A stretch of 64,000 bases of DNA. Origin: Octopus bimaculoides (lineage: Eukaryota). The stretch is from the NCBI RefSeq assembly GCF_001194135.2, contig NC_068984.1, forward strand, positions 30,666,308 through 30,730,307. Reading direction: 5' to 3'. Of the stretch, positions 11,080 to 24,140 are shown one piece after another (position 1 is the first letter of the stretch; each line of letters opens with the position of its first letter). The position numbers and the translations under genes were made by a program. The notes under the pieces were generated by a model. The model searched no databases. It saw only the letters and a program-made list of their open reading frames with translations, and was not told the origin of the DNA.

Positions 11080-11600
11080 ATCATAATCATCGTTCAACGT
11101 CCGTATTCCATGCTGGCATGGGCTGGACGGTTTGACTGAAGTTTGGAGAGCCAGTGGTTGCACCAGGCTCCAATCTGATCTGGTAATGTTTCTACAGCTG
11201 GATGCCCTTCCTAATGCCAACCACTCCGAGAGTATAGTGGGTGCTTTTTACATGCCACCATCACTGGAGCCAGTCATGTGGGCCTGGCATTTATCTCATT
11301 CCGATAGTGCTCAATACATGTCACTGGCACGGGAGCCAGTCGGGGGTACTGACATCAGCCACATTTGGATGGTACTTTTTACATGCCACCAGCACAAGAG
11401 CCAGTCAGCAGGTAATGGCATCAGCCACATTCTAATGGTGCTTTTTACGTGCCATCAGCACGGGCGCCAGTCAGTGGGTACTGACATTGACCACGTTCAG
11501 ATGGTGCTGTTTACGTGCCACTGGCACGGGAGCCAGTCAAGGGGCACTGGCTACAGCTACGATTTTCATTTTACTTGACTCAACAGGTCTTGTCAAGCAT
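11080..11600 (-). mobile_element. RTE-type 3' UTR with five ~66-bp tandem units
   Basis: Tail aligns with 21162-21330. The unit GGTGCTTTTTACGTGCCA.. repeats at 66 bp, giving the 22-aa periodicity of ORF 11132-11578. Confidence 0.8.
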
Positions 11601-11723
11601 ATATCGCCCGACGCATCAGGGGTACTCTTAACTGGGCCGGATATGTATGGCTGTGATCTCATATGTACAGTATATGTGTGTGCTTGTGCATGTGTATTTG
11701 ACTGTGTGTGTATATATATATAT

Positions 11724-12026
11724 ATCATCATCATCATCATCATCGTTTAACGTCCGCTTTCCATGCTAGCATGGGTTGGACGATTTGACTGAGGACTGGT
11801 GCAACCGGATGGCTACACCAGGCTCCAATCTAATTTGGCAGAGTTTCTACATCTGGATGCCCTTCCTAACGCCAACCACTCAGAGAGTGTAGTGGGTGCT
11901 TTTACATGTCACCCGCACGTCCAGGGGCGCTGGCAACGATCTCACTTGGCTTGCCGGGTCTTCTCATGCACAGCACATTTCCAAAGGTCTCGGTCAGTAG
12001 TCATCGCCTCGGTGAGGCCCAATGTT
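11724..12026 (-). mobile_element. Young RTE 3' end (last ORF codons plus shortened UTR) running into a gap
   Basis: 11940-12026 nearly matches 21645-21735; (GAT)n tail at 11724. Confidence 0.8.
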
Positions 12027-14388
12027 NNNNNNNNNNNNNNNNNNNNNNNNNNNNNNNNNNNNNNNNNNNNNNNNNNNNNNNNNNNNNNNNNNNNNNNNNN
12101 NNNNNNNNNNNNNNNNNNNNNNNNNNNNNNNNNNNNNNNNNNNNNNNNNNNNNNNNNNNNNNNNNNNNNNNNNNNNNNNNNNNNNNNNNNNNNNNNNNNN
12201 NNNNNNNNNNNNNNNNNNNNNNNNNNNNNNNNNNNNNNNNNNNNNNNNNNNNNNNNNNNNNNNNNNNNNNNNNNNNNNNNNNNNNNNNNNNNNNNNNNNN
12301 NNNNNNNNNNNNNNNNNNNNNNNNNNNNNNNNNNNNNNNNNNNNNNNNNNNNNNNNNNNNNNNNNNNNNNNNNNNNNNNNNNNNNNNNNNNNNNNNNNNN
12401 NNNNNNNNNNNNNNNNNNNNNNNNNNNNNNNNNNNNNNNNNNNNNNNNNNNNNNNNNNNNNNNNNNNNNNNNNNNNNNNNNNNNNNNNNNNNNNNNNNNN
12501 TATATATATATATATATATATATGAATATATATATATATAAATATATTTAGAAGTTTATTTGTCAAGGCTGCTCAGTGACCGTTGGTTTCACATCTATAA
12601 AGCACTTGCATAGGCAACTAGTCAGTCTCAAATAGCTGGAGACATATAACCTCTCTACAACTGTATGTACATAGGTATGTGTGTGTGTATGTATGTATGT
12701 ACGTATGCATGTATGTATGTATGCATGCATGTATGTATGCATGCATGTATGTATATGAAGGTATGTGGATGTGTGTACTTTAGAAATTGTCACAAACTGC
12801 ATTAGTTTCTCATAACATTCCATCGCTGATCATGAGAATGCAAGGCAAAAATTCTTTGTTTATTTATGTTTTATCTAAAACTCATAGAAACAAAATCTTT
12901 ATGGCTTTCTCATTTGCATCTATGGAACAATCAACAAAGAATAATGCATTTCTTATGCATTTTTGCCTTTTGTTTTTTAGTAATAATCTATAAATTCTTT
13001 CAACAGCTATTTACTGTTTCTTTTATCCTAACTTATTTCATTTATATTTAAAATGAAACAAAGAAGGAAAAGTGAAATATTGATCGTAGAAAAATGTTAT
13101 ATATTGTGAGTTATATGTTATTAATGAGGAGAGCACATTTTGAAGATCTGCAGGCCATTCTGTGGTTCCAACAGATGCTGCTGGGGTGAAATTAAAACAT
13201 AGATTTTCATCTGGAAATATATGAATGTGCTGAAATTATATTGCTATATAAATCATGTTCAAAACTTTTACAATTGAAATAAATATATGTTTAAAGAATG
13301 AAACAGTTTAATTTGGTTTTTGTATCTGGTTTGAAAGATTCTTTATGTGAATTCATGTGTCAATAGTCACTGAGAAGGTTTCAAAAAGCAATGAAAGAGC
13401 TTTGCAAAAAACAAAAACAAATCGGATATTTAATAAATGAGTGGAATTGAACCAGTGTGTGTGATAATCATATTGGCATGATGACTCTCCTTAGTTACAG
13501 CTTATTTTGGATGATGCCAAAAGTAGTAGATCACGATGGATTATTGTTTCTAAGAATGTGCAATTTTAACTTTTTTCAATATAAACCCCATCTAGTCATT
13601 GAAGAATTGTAAACTATTAAAGCAAGGATTTAGAAAGCAATGGTAATATGTAGCGAAAAAAAATTAATATAAACAAGAACAAAGTTTAACTTTTACCTCA
13701 AAGCCTTTAATATTCCAATATTTCAGGTGAAAATCCACTCTTTCAAAACGTGATGGGAACAGAAGAACAAGCTAAAGTTCTTTACAATTTCTTTAGAAAC
13801 ATCTGTTGCTGAGTTATATTAGAAGCAATTAAGACTGGATTCAATGGCATTATGTCAAACATAACGAGGAAAACAGTATGTTTTCCCCATCATTAATAAT
13901 GCTTCCCAACCACATTTCTTATGTTTGTATCCATTCTTCATGTAGTTTATTTATTTTTTTATTTTGGCTTTACTTTTATTAGCTATATAAATGGATATAT
14001 GTGATTTATTTCTATGCCTTATAAATATAAAAAAACATTGAAATAACAGTGGGTGGACAAAAGCCTAATATTGGTACACACACTAATTAATACATTTTTA
14101 GATCTTTTTCTTTGATTATTGGATTCTCCATTACATATATAGAAACATTCTAGCTTCATATAATTTCTTCTGAATTGATTTGTTTGACACCACTAATCTA
14201 CATATTATAGTCTTTATATCTAAAGACATATTTCTGTTTTCCTATTTCATAATGCCTTATTTTTCTCCCCTCTCATTTTGAAACCTCTGAGTTAGATGTT
14301 GACATTGGACATTATCCAGAAAAATGCTTATTGCCCAGAATACCCTGCAAATGAATCAAAAGATAGTCTCTGTCTGTTACAACAAAAC

Positions 14389-14405
14389 TAATAATAATAA
14401 TAATG

Positions 14406-14485
<80 letters not shown>
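14389..14485. repeat. (AAT)n microsatellite
   Basis: Read directly from the sequence; about 32 units. Confidence 0.95.
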
Positions 14486-14486
<1 letters not shown>

Positions 14487-14692
14487 GGAACAGTGAGTAA
14501 AAATCTTGAGAAGTACATGGAACAAATAGGTGCTGCAATAAGGGTGGAGCACTTGCAGAAAATAGTGTTGCTTGGAACTGTTTGAATACTCTGGATGGTG
14601 CACGAAAAATAAGGGTGTTACCTTAGACCACTGGAAGTGAACAGCTGACACCATAGTACATCTCCAGCATTAGAAGCCGTGCAAAGGCAATA
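14486..14692 (+). mobile_element. 3' end of a second R4/Dong-clade family inside (TAA)n
   Basis: GTVSKNLEKYMEQIGAAIRVEHLQKIVLLGTV*IL aligns with the terminal helix of the 1954-2443 fragments. The 3' UTR is different; (AAT)n on both sides. Confidence 0.7.
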
Positions 14693-14715
14693 AATAATAA
14701 TGATAATAATAATAT

Positions 14716-14872
14716 AAGCACTGAAATTTTGTGGGAGGGGCTAGGTGATTACATTGACCCCAGTTTTCAACTGGTATTTATTTCATCAACACCGGAAAGA
14801 TGAAGGCAAAATCAATCTCTAGAATTTGAACTGAGAATGCAAAGATAAATGAAATACTGCTCGGCATTTTGT
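14716..14872 (-). mobile_element. Degenerate copy of the 2801-3020 SINE family
   Basis: Reverse-complement alignment to 2801-3020. Confidence 0.65.
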
Positions 14873-14904
14873 TTTGATGGTGATGGCGATGGTGATGATG
14901 ATGA

Positions 14905-15225
14905 TGATGATGATTTCCTGTATTTGCCACAAGGGCATGAATGGGCGAGAACATCACAAAAATAGGTTACAATTTGCATGGGAGTTTATAAAAAAATATA
15001 ATAGCAAAATGCAAAATGGTGAGAAACAGAAATCAATTGAAACATAGTATACAAAATACGTAAATATATAGAAGATGCAGCCCTCCTGATATAGAACAGC
15101 CAATCACAAGGCAATCAAGTAACTGCACTGATCCAGGATCACCCTGGCCACCAAAGAGTAAGAGCCCCCTAGTCATCTGTTTTTCTGCAATTTACAGGCT
15201 GAGAGTAATTCCATTCATCCAAAAC
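14905..15225 (-). mobile_element. Possible LINE (L1/Tx1-like) 3' end remnant
   Basis: GC-richer block; minus strand ..MNGITLSL* followed by UTR-like sequence. Assignment is from memory only. Confidence 0.25.
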
Positions 15226-16531
15226 ATGTTTGCTACATTTATCTAACAAATTTACAAGACAAATTCATTCCACCCTCATTTGCTTTTCCAAATAGAATTT
15301 GAAAAATTTGATGAAAGTTGATGAAGGTTTTACTGAAGAGGAACTTGTCTGCACACAAACCTTTCAGCCTCATTCACCATATAGCATCTTTCACAATGGC
15401 CATCAGAGGAACACTGGCTAGGCTATTCAATTATGATAATGGACAGCAGTAAGACTATTTTGTGTGATGGACTCAGCCAGTAGCCAAATACACTCAACAT
15501 GTGACAACAGCTGTTCAACATATCTGTGAAGTGTAATTGGGACAATTAACAAAACAATCAGATTTGGAGAAGTATGCAGAAGAGAAAATCAAGAAAATGC
15601 AGGTAAATGTGAGGTGGGTTCTGATCTCAGGAGGTTAGGACTCAGGGAACAGATATCAGTGCATTGCAACAAATGGCAAGACATTCAGTGACATCCAAAC
15701 CACAAAAGCTAATAAATAAAAAATAGTGTATGAGAGAGTTTATTTTTGATTACGCTTTGTTAAAAATAACAGCTAATTTTCCCTCAAATAAATACCTACC
15801 ATCTTAGAAATGGATTCGTTGAATAATTGAGTCCTAGATTTCTGTGCATTGCAGGAAAAAAAAAAAAAAAAGATGTTCAAAACTGGAATCTCTTGTATCG
15901 TAGTTCTGCTCAATTGAGACTGATTTCCTGAAGATAAACAACAACAGCGGCAGACAGATGATGATGATGATGATAATTGGGAAGAATATGATGATGACGA
16001 CAGCAATGATGACAATAATGTCAATGATTCAAGTAACTCTTGTTTGGAATTTTCTCAACTACTTCAGACTATGTTTCTACAATGGTTCTTTTATTGTTCC
16101 AGGCACTCTTCTTAAACATTCTATTCTTAGTCCTATATGACAAACACTGCTTTTAGTGTGTATCCTGTCCACATATTGTATGCTTTTCACTGTCAAGCCA
16201 GTGAAAGAGCATCTACCTGGCTACACACTGTGCTAGATATAACAGCCAAATCTTTAACAAAAGGCACTTCGATCTTTGTTCACTCATTCATTTTTAATAC
16301 CTGTGTTTTTCACATGCTGAGAGGACATGGATAGGGGCTTATTTGAAGCAGCATCTTATGGTTTGATTCCCTTCTTGTTGTCAACTGTTACCCATTTCAC
16401 AAGTAACTTCTTTATTATTGCTGATCTTCAAATATTCAATGTCCAGTCATAATGTGAACAATCATTTTCACAAACATATATGCATATATCTATATGTATA
16501 CATACATACGTAGTGATTGCATGTATGCATA

Positions 16532-16675
16532 CTAGGCTTCTTTACACTCTCCATCTAGCCTTTCCACTCACAAGATATTGGTCAAACTAGAGCTATAACG
16601 AAAGATACTTGCCTTGAATGCCACATGGTGAAACTGAACTTGAAACCATGTGTTTATGACACAAACATCTTAACA
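16532..16675 (-). mobile_element. Degenerate 5' part of the 20333-20730 SINE family
   Basis: Aligns with 20585-20725. Confidence 0.6.
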
Positions 16676-16767
16676 AATGTGTCATGTATATATATCTACA
16701 TTGTTCTAAAAAGGGAAGACATATTAGATAATGCCAAGATAAAGAAAGTAATGTTACCTTCTCGAGT

Positions 16768-16997
16768 CATGCTGACTCATAAGGGCCAGTTTGCAGGTTT
16801 CCATGGCATAGAAATTTCCCACCTTGACAGAACGCTGGTCCATTATAGGATTGCACATTTTTCCCAGCTGAGTGGATTGTAGCAATGTAAAATGAAGTGT
16901 TTTGCTCAAGTACGATACATTGCCCAGTCCAGGAATTGAAATCACAATTCTATGACCACGAGCCCAACACTCTAACAACTAAACCACATGCCTCCAC
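16768..16997 (-). mobile_element. tRNA-derived SINE with CORE-like and V-like domains
   Basis: tRNA head, then TACTTGAGCAAAACACTTCATTTTACATTGCT..CACTCAGCTG (CORE-like), then CCTATAATGGACCAGCGTTCTGTCAAGG (V-domain-like). Confidence 0.65.
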
Positions 16998-18574
16998 AGT
17001 CTAAGATAACAACTCTAAAAATATGAGATAGTAATGGCTAGAATACCTTTCCTCTTAAATCTCTTCAATGAGGCTCTTTTGGTGTCTAAAAAATGACAAC
17101 ACAGTTTTTTTCCATAAATTTTGTTTTTGACAGCCATAATATACATTCTTTCAATAACCTGTATCATTCAATATCCATGTTGTACTGATACTCTTGTTAA
17201 TTACTGTTAGGCTATCAAACTTGTATTATGGAAACAAGTTTAAGATTAGAAATATGTTTGTATTTAAATAGGAACTCTTCTGTTATTTTCAGCATTTGGC
17301 AGCAGAAGTGCACAAATCCTGAAAAATTGTTAAATGCTCATTCTAATATGACAAAATACTAATGTTACGGCAAGATTAAATACGGAATAAATTTGTCACT
17401 CAGCTAACCATCACCACCGATATCATCATTATCATCATCATCATCATCATCATCATTATTACAAACATTGCTGTTAATGCCATTGATTATTTTGGCATGT
17501 GTCAGATGGGATTTTTTAAACACTGTTTTGCTGACAACCATCCTTCCTGTCATCAATTCTTTTAGTCAACCTTTTATAACATAAAAGGACATTTTATAAT
17601 TATTCTAAATCTTGGATGCACATGATAAATATAAACAACTTCGCCAATTTAAAGAATCAGGTATAATTTAAAAACAAAAAAGCATGAATATATTCAGGAA
17701 TACAACACCTGAAGATGCCCAGAGATAAAACTGATCAAAATGTAGTTTAGATATAAATATTAAAAATATTTCTTTCATAGAAAGCAAATAGGTTTTTCTG
17801 CAATTGAAGGGTAAATTATGTGATGCTTGAGTATAAAGTGTGATATTGCATAGTAGTGAGACATCAGCATTCAGTGTAGTTGTATGTGAGTAGTAGAAAG
17901 AAATTATCCAAGTAATACAACCTTTGCTTTTCAGTATTACTTTTTCCTTGTTTTATTTTTTCATTTTAGCTATATGTTGTACATATGAAGTAGTAAGGAA
18001 TTGATTGAGCATACTTTGCTGAAGTTTGCATTGTAATGATAATGATAAAACACCCCCAAAGTTAATGTTAATAGACAGAAAATTATGACCTTAATGACAA
18101 CAATTCATTTCAAGTATTTAGATATTTAATGACCTCAAATCAAAGTAGAAAAGGAAGTTCTTGATATTTTTACTTCATCAATGACCTTTGTATGAAATAC
18201 AACATTGGATGAAAATTTAAAAAACTCCATGAAGCTTGCTAGGTGAAAATATTCCACTATGGGCATTAACATGTGTGCTTGTTTGAAATAGATTTAGATA
18301 GAATTAATGTAATGCGTACTAACTACATTTGAGAATTTTTCAGCTTCCCTTTTTTTAATTATTTATGCAGGAGGAAAGTGTATTCCTCTCCAGAACTTTC
18401 AATACAGATTGAAGATATCAAATTAGAGAATTGGACTGAATGCTTGCAGCAGAATGGTCTATGAATAAAGGCATCCAAGAACCTGGTCAAGGTGTCAAAC
18501 CAGGTAACAGTTTATGCGTTCCACAGCAATAAGTATTCAAACTCAGAATGTTTAGAAACTGAACCACAAGACAT

Positions 18575-18715
18575 CTCATCTATCTACACCAACCTTGACT
18601 TGTATTCTATTTATCAACCCTTGATGGATAAAAGGCAAAACTGACTTTGGTGAGATTCAAACTAAGATTAAATACTATAATGCATTTCGTTTGCCATTCT
18701 GATGATCTAACCAAT
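18575..18715 (-). mobile_element. Degenerate copy of the 2801-3020 SINE family
   Basis: Reverse-complement alignment to 2801-3020. Confidence 0.55.
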
Positions 18716-20159
18716 TCATTGTTTATTGGTTAACGTAGGACTGAGTGTTTCATTGCAAACCTGTTAAGCATAACAGATCCAAAGTAAAGTTTGTTGAAAA
18801 TCAGTTAGATCTGGCTGCCTCATGGTAAGTTAACTCATTGATATCCAACAAAATTTCCTTTGGATTTATTATTAACAAAGTCTTTTTTGATTTTTCTATC
18901 ATCATTGCAGTCAATACATACAAATGTTTGGTTTATGAATTTTATTAGGAAATCACAGAACTTTACTAGTACAGTTCAGATGAAGCTGATTATAGAACCA
19001 AACCAGATGTAAAATGAAATGTAGGCTTCAATACATGCTATTCACAAAATGTTTTTTGTAATTAGTGCTAAATATGTAAGATCTAAAGATAGATTACAAG
19101 TATATACATGTATAGGTAGTATACATTATGTACATGCACAAGCAACATACATTATGTACATACCAGGTAACAGAACTGAATAAAAGAATGCAGTGTAATG
19201 TATAAATATAAGATAGACTTTTACCAAAGTTTCTTCCAGTTACTCCAACTAGTGAAAGTTGATTTATCTAAAATTGTAGCCTAAACCAGGTTTACCTTCA
19301 CCCACTTCATCTGCATGGCCTGATACAGCATCTTCCAATATAGAAAAAATAGTTGTTAAAATAGCAATGATTTAGTAATAGTTCATGTTAAACTAGTACC
19401 TGCAGATTTTCATGATATCAGTATCAAAAATGTATTTATTTTTGTTGAAAGGAAGATATATTTTTTAAAAAATCCCATAATTGTTATGCGTAAGTTTTTC
19501 AAATTTACATTTTAAAAAAAATGAATTTTGACTGTAATCTTTGAAGATGGATTTTTAGATATATTTTTATTATGTGTATGAAGCAAACATTTAAATGAAC
19601 TTTCATTTACAGCAGCTTCACATTATTACTAAATTACAATTTCGTAATCTCGCATTAAACCATATGCAACTGTTGCTATAGTAACACATCAACTAGTTAT
19701 ATACACACATATAAGTGTGTGCATGTGTGGCTGTGTGTGTGTGTGTAAGTAAGCAAGTATCTATGTATAAATAACTGCCATTATTTTGTCTTTATATTTG
19801 TTTTATATTTCATATTACACCTTTCTAGTTGTGTTATATTTCAATTTAGAAGAGACAGTTGTCACACGTCTAATGACAGTTAATACCACATTACAACTGA
19901 CTTATTAGAACATCATCACTCAAATCTTCCTATCCCACCTTCATTTTCCTCTGTCTTCATTAGTGATTTCACTTAGTTGCTTTATAAGTTACACTTGAAA
20001 ATTACCTAATTAATAACGTTCTTTCTAACAAGATTATTTATTACTTTACCCAGTGTTGAAAAATTACTTGTATGTGGTACATCCAATTTAGCCGCCAGTT
20101 GTTTACAAATTACAAAAATAATTTCTTATTGAGGTAAAAACCAGAATTGTGTTGGGTGA

Positions 20160-20305
20160 GGATTACTTGATTAAGCCAGCCCTGGTGCTTAACTGGTATT
20201 TTATTTTATTGACTCCAGAAGGAGTTGGCCTTGACTGGATTTGAACCAAAAATGTAAAAGAGCTGGAAGAAAAACTGCAAGGCATTTTATCCAATACGTG
20301 AGCAT
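20160..20305 (-). mobile_element. Degenerate copy of the 2801-3020 SINE family
   Basis: Reverse-complement alignment to 2801-3020. Confidence 0.55.
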
Positions 20306-20332
20306 CTTTGTTTCTCAAGTTAACAACAATAA

Positions 20333-20730
20333 CACTCTTTTACTTGCTTCAGTCATTTGACTGTGGCCATGCTGGAGCACCGCTTTTAGCCGAGCAAATC
20401 GACCTCAGGACTTATTCTTTGGAAACCTAGTACTTATTCTATCGATCTCTTTTGCCAAACCGCTAAGTTACGGGGACGTAAACACACCAGCAATGGTTAT
20501 CAAGTGATGTTGGGGGGACAAACACAGACACACAAACATATACACACACACACATATATATATATATATACATATATACAACGGGCTTCTTTCAGTTTCC
20601 GTCTACCAAATCCACTCACAAGGCTTTGGTCGGCCTGAGACTATAGTAGAAGATACTTGCCCAAGGTGCCACACAGTGGGAATGAACCCAGAACCATGTG
20701 GTTGGTAAGCAAGCTACTTACCACACAGCC
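20333..20730 (-). mobile_element. Near full-length young tRNA/CORE-like SINE with an internal microsatellite
   Basis: Head GGCTGTGTGGTAAG...GGTTCATTCCC, CORE-like GGCACCTTGGGCAAGT, internal (TA/TG)n, CpG-retaining 3' half. Confidence 0.8.
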
Positions 20731-20904
20731 AACATATTTTTGTGTCCTTAGGTAGCAGCTGTTATTTCCTATTTGCTTATCCCTAGAAAGTATGAAAAAA
20801 TTGCTATTTCCTTCAGACTTTGCTTTTGTTACATTTATCACCAATTTAAAACCAGTGGCCTAGCATAAAGAAAATTCTGAAAATTCATAAAAATTGTATT
20901 ATAA

Positions 20905-21120
20905 TACGTATAGGAAGGGATGATCACTAAGTGGACATCCATTATGCTAGAAATAGACCATCTGCGATCAAACCACAAAAGAAAAGAATTGTCTTGCCCG
21001 TCTATGTTCTGGTGTGTGGTAATTTTTTCTAGAGAACATTCTTTTCTTTTGTGGTTTGATCGTAGATGGTCTATTTCTAGCATAATGGATGTCCACTTAG
21101 TGGTCGACCCTTCTTATACG

Positions 21121-21122
<2 letters not shown>
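20905..21122. mobile_element. 218-bp foldback (MITE-like) element with 85-bp inverted arms
   Basis: 20905-20989 is the reverse complement of 21038-21122 with 5 mismatches; 48-bp spacer; TA at both ends. Confidence 0.75.
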
Positions 21123-21151
<29 letters not shown>

Positions 21152-21161
21152 GTCTGTATGT

Positions 21162-22380
21162 ATCATCATCATCGTTTAACGTCCGCTTTAAATGCTAGCA
21201 TGAGTTGGACGATTTGACTGAGGACTAGTGGAGCCCGAAGGCTACACGATGCTCCATTCTGATTTAGCAGAGTTTCTACAGCTGGATGCCCTTCCTAACG
21301 CCAACCACTCCGAGAGTGTAGTGGGTACTTTTACGTGTCACCCGCACGAAGGCCAGTCAGGTGATACTGGCAACGGCCATGCTCAAAATTGGTGTATTTT
21401 ATGCGCCACCCACACAAGAGCCAGTCCAGGGGCACTGGCAACGATCTCGCTCAAAAGTCCTTACACATGCTGCGGGCACAAGTGCCAGAAAGGAGACGAT
21501 GTTGGCATGGGTGCCAGTCATCGAATTTAGTTCGATTTCGATTTCACTTGCTTCAACAGGTCCTCACAAGTGGAGTTTAGTGTCCAATGAAGGAAAGGTA
21601 TGCATAAGTGGGCTGGCTACACCCCTGGCAGAGGCCTTGGATTTAGGTCTCACTTGACCTGCCCGGTCTTCTCACGCACAGCATATTTCCAAAGGTCTCA
21701 GTCAGAAGTCATCACCTCAGTGAGGCCCAATGTTCGAAGGTCTTGCCTCACCACCTCATCCCAGGTCTTCCTGGGCCTACCTCTTCCACAGGTTCCCTCC
21801 ACTGCTAGGGTGTGGCACTTTTTCACACAGCTATCCTCGTCCATTCTCGCCCCATGACTATACCAACGTAATCGTCTCTCTTGCACACCACAACTGATAC
21901 TTCTTAGGTTCAACTTTTCTCTCAAGGTACTTACACTCTGTCTAGTATGCACACTGACGTTACACATCCAGCGGAGCATACTGGCTTCATTCCTTGTGAG
22001 CCTATGCATGTCTTCGGCAGTCACAGCCCATGTTTCACTACCATGAAGCATGGCTGTTCATACACATGCATCATACAGTCTGCCGTTTACTCTGAGCGAG
22101 AGGCCCTTTGTCACCAGCAGAGGTAAGAGCTCTCCGAACTTTGCCAAGGCTATTCTTATTCTAGCAGCTACACTTTCAGCGCACCCTCCCCCACTACTAA
22201 CTTGGTCACCTAGATAGCGGAAGCTATCAACCACTTCTAGCTTTTCTCCCTGGAATGTGGCAGAAGTTGTTTTCTGCACATTTACAGTGTTTATAGCTCC
22301 TGAACATCTGCCACATACAAAAACTATCTTGCTAGTTAACCTTCCTTTGATATTGCTGCACCTCTTATGTGTCCATAGCT
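21162..22380 (-). mobile_element. 5'-truncated RTE-clade LINE: C-terminal ORF region plus 3' UTR and (GAT)n tail
   Basis: LEVVDSFRYLG..RIRIA..KFGELLPLL..LYDACV / MLHGSETW..RLRWYSH..GRGRPRKTWDEVV, typical of the RTE C-terminal domain. One frameshift near 22055. Confidence 0.92.
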
Positions 22381-23979
22381 CCCTCTCTCTTATTTAATCA
22401 TCAAAACATCACCCACAGGGTATTTCAAATTTTATCAAAATTTACCTGAACCTTCAGATGAGAATTACCATCATGTGACGAAAATATTTCCAAGAATACT
22501 TGACACACAAAAAAATTATAAGCCCACAACTTTATACACATGCTCTGAAAATAGTGCTACCAGATACAGGACACATTTTATACACGGTTGCCTTGTTAGA
22601 GTAGTAGCAGACCTTTCTCAGTACCCACCGTACATTTAAGCATCCCAATACTTTAAAACAATGTACTCTGGAAAAGCATGTTTTCTACACAATCATCTAA
22701 ATGAAAACATTAAAAGACAGCACTAAACGAAAAGAAAATACACTACAGCAAATTAGTAATAAGCCAAACATCTCTTCTCTATACAAAAAAAAAAAAAAAA
22801 CTGCAAAAGCCTGAAGAATATTCAGGTGCACCGGTGTAACATTATTTGTAGAAGAGCAACATGGTGAAAGCATCTGGTACTTTAAGAAAGGATGCAAGTC
22901 ATTCATTTCAGTTCAGAATAAAGTCTATATTATATGTCTTGGCAGTAAGTGGAAAATGAGAACAGAAGTAAAAGTGATCTGTAGTTTTTCAAAGAAAATT
23001 CAAATGTAAATTTCAGTCAAACTGTAGTTTTTCAACAAAGATCTTGTGAAATACATAAACTGTAGAGTAGTTTTAATGGTTAAATGTATTAGATATGTGG
23101 TTCAATTCAGTAAAGCAGATGAAGAGCTGCTGGGTGAACTCATTTAGAGAATGCTAAGAGAGAAACTTGTATTATGCAGATAAGTAAATAATAAAAAGTT
23201 ATTCATGACTAAGGAAAAAGGAGGCAAAAGCACTGGGAGTGTGAAAGAAGTTTACTGGAAAATAAAAGTTAGAGTAACATGATACATTGCAATAGAAACA
23301 TTTGAGTGCATAAGTACTGCATTGAAAAGAGAGCAATAAAGAATACTGTCATATTTAAAGAAAAACTGAAGATTCAATGCTAAACATTGAAGAAGTAAAA
23401 GTTGATGATGGGGAAATCAAAATTAATGGGGAAGGAATGAATGATGCAAAGAAGGAAGCATGCTGGAATGTGAGACAAAATTTCAAAGGAATTTAGTGAG
23501 CTGAAGCTTGAAGAGTATGAACTTACAGTTTTGTAAGAGTGAAGTCTTTGACAACTTATATAGAATATTCATGGATGGTCAAGCAGTTACTTGCATTCCA
23601 AGAAATTCAATTCTCTTGTTAACAAGCTGGAGAAAATGGTAGACACAAGGCCATTGGATAAATCAAGGGAGATTGAATTGACTTTAGATTTGTGCAGCCT
23701 ATGTAAAGAAAAGAGAAACAGTTCATCATTTGTTGACTCAATGTAAAATACTAACTGGGAATGATTATGTTGAAAATTATTGTACCGCAATGATATGTTA
23801 ACAAAAGCAAGAACTAAAGAATGAAGGATTGGTTAGGAAAGTGTCAAGAAAATATTACATTAAAGAACATTGTAAAATAAAATCTATATTAGAATTTTGA
23901 ATATCAAATGTATATATCTACTATTGCCAGGTTTACTTTCAGAGAATATTCATGAAAAGCGGAACTGGTTTATCGATAA

Positions 23980-24140
23980 TGAGAAACAATTCCATGTTGT
24001 CCCAGTTCACTCATCTGTAGATATGAGCTGTGACATCACTGGTGTCAAGCTGTATCAGCTTTTGCCTTTCCCTTGGATAACATCAGTGGCAGGAAGTAGG
24101 GAAGCTGGTATGCATGAGGAACTGTCCGTCTTTCATAACA
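23980..24140 (+). mobile_element. Partial CORE-like SINE, same family as 25030-25354
   Basis: About 90% identical to the reverse complement of 25105-25250. Confidence 0.75.

Noticed and set aside
11240-11560. Regularly spaced repeats that superficially resemble a CRISPR array
   Set aside because: Whole units are homologous with no unique spacers, the context is eukaryotic, and no cas genes are present.
11132-11578. 148-aa ORF with a 22-aa repeat (MVLFTCHQH..)
   Set aside because: Antisense reading of the 66-bp tandem array in an RTE 3' UTR; there is no evidence of coding function.
7585-12566. Long ORFs of 167-314 aa in the track
   Set aside because: They are open only because they run through N gaps and microsatellites.
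5990-13812. Plus-strand exon pair 5990-6059 and 13727-13812, phase-compatible (..IIEELRT-G-ENPLFQNVMG..)
   Set aside because: Short, with no recognisable homology or upstream exon, and antisense to the better-supported minus-strand model. It is within chance expectation but not excluded.
15800-15841. 42-nt minus-strand exon candidate with strong splice sites
   Set aside because: The phase-1 frame needed to fit between 28951 and 1752 contains a TAG.
17705-17750. CTGAAGA, CTGATGA or CAGATGA motifs at about 17709, 22458 and 49015 as further hammerheads
   Set aside because: Each lacks a correctly placed GAAA or a pairable stem II and stem I.
20640-20730. tRNA-like A/B-box sequences at SINE heads
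   Set aside because: They continue into SINE bodies and lack a full cloverleaf, so they are not tRNA genes.
23050-23560. Purine-rich stretch resembling a decayed LINE ORF
   Set aside because: No diagnostic motif could be recovered in any frame.
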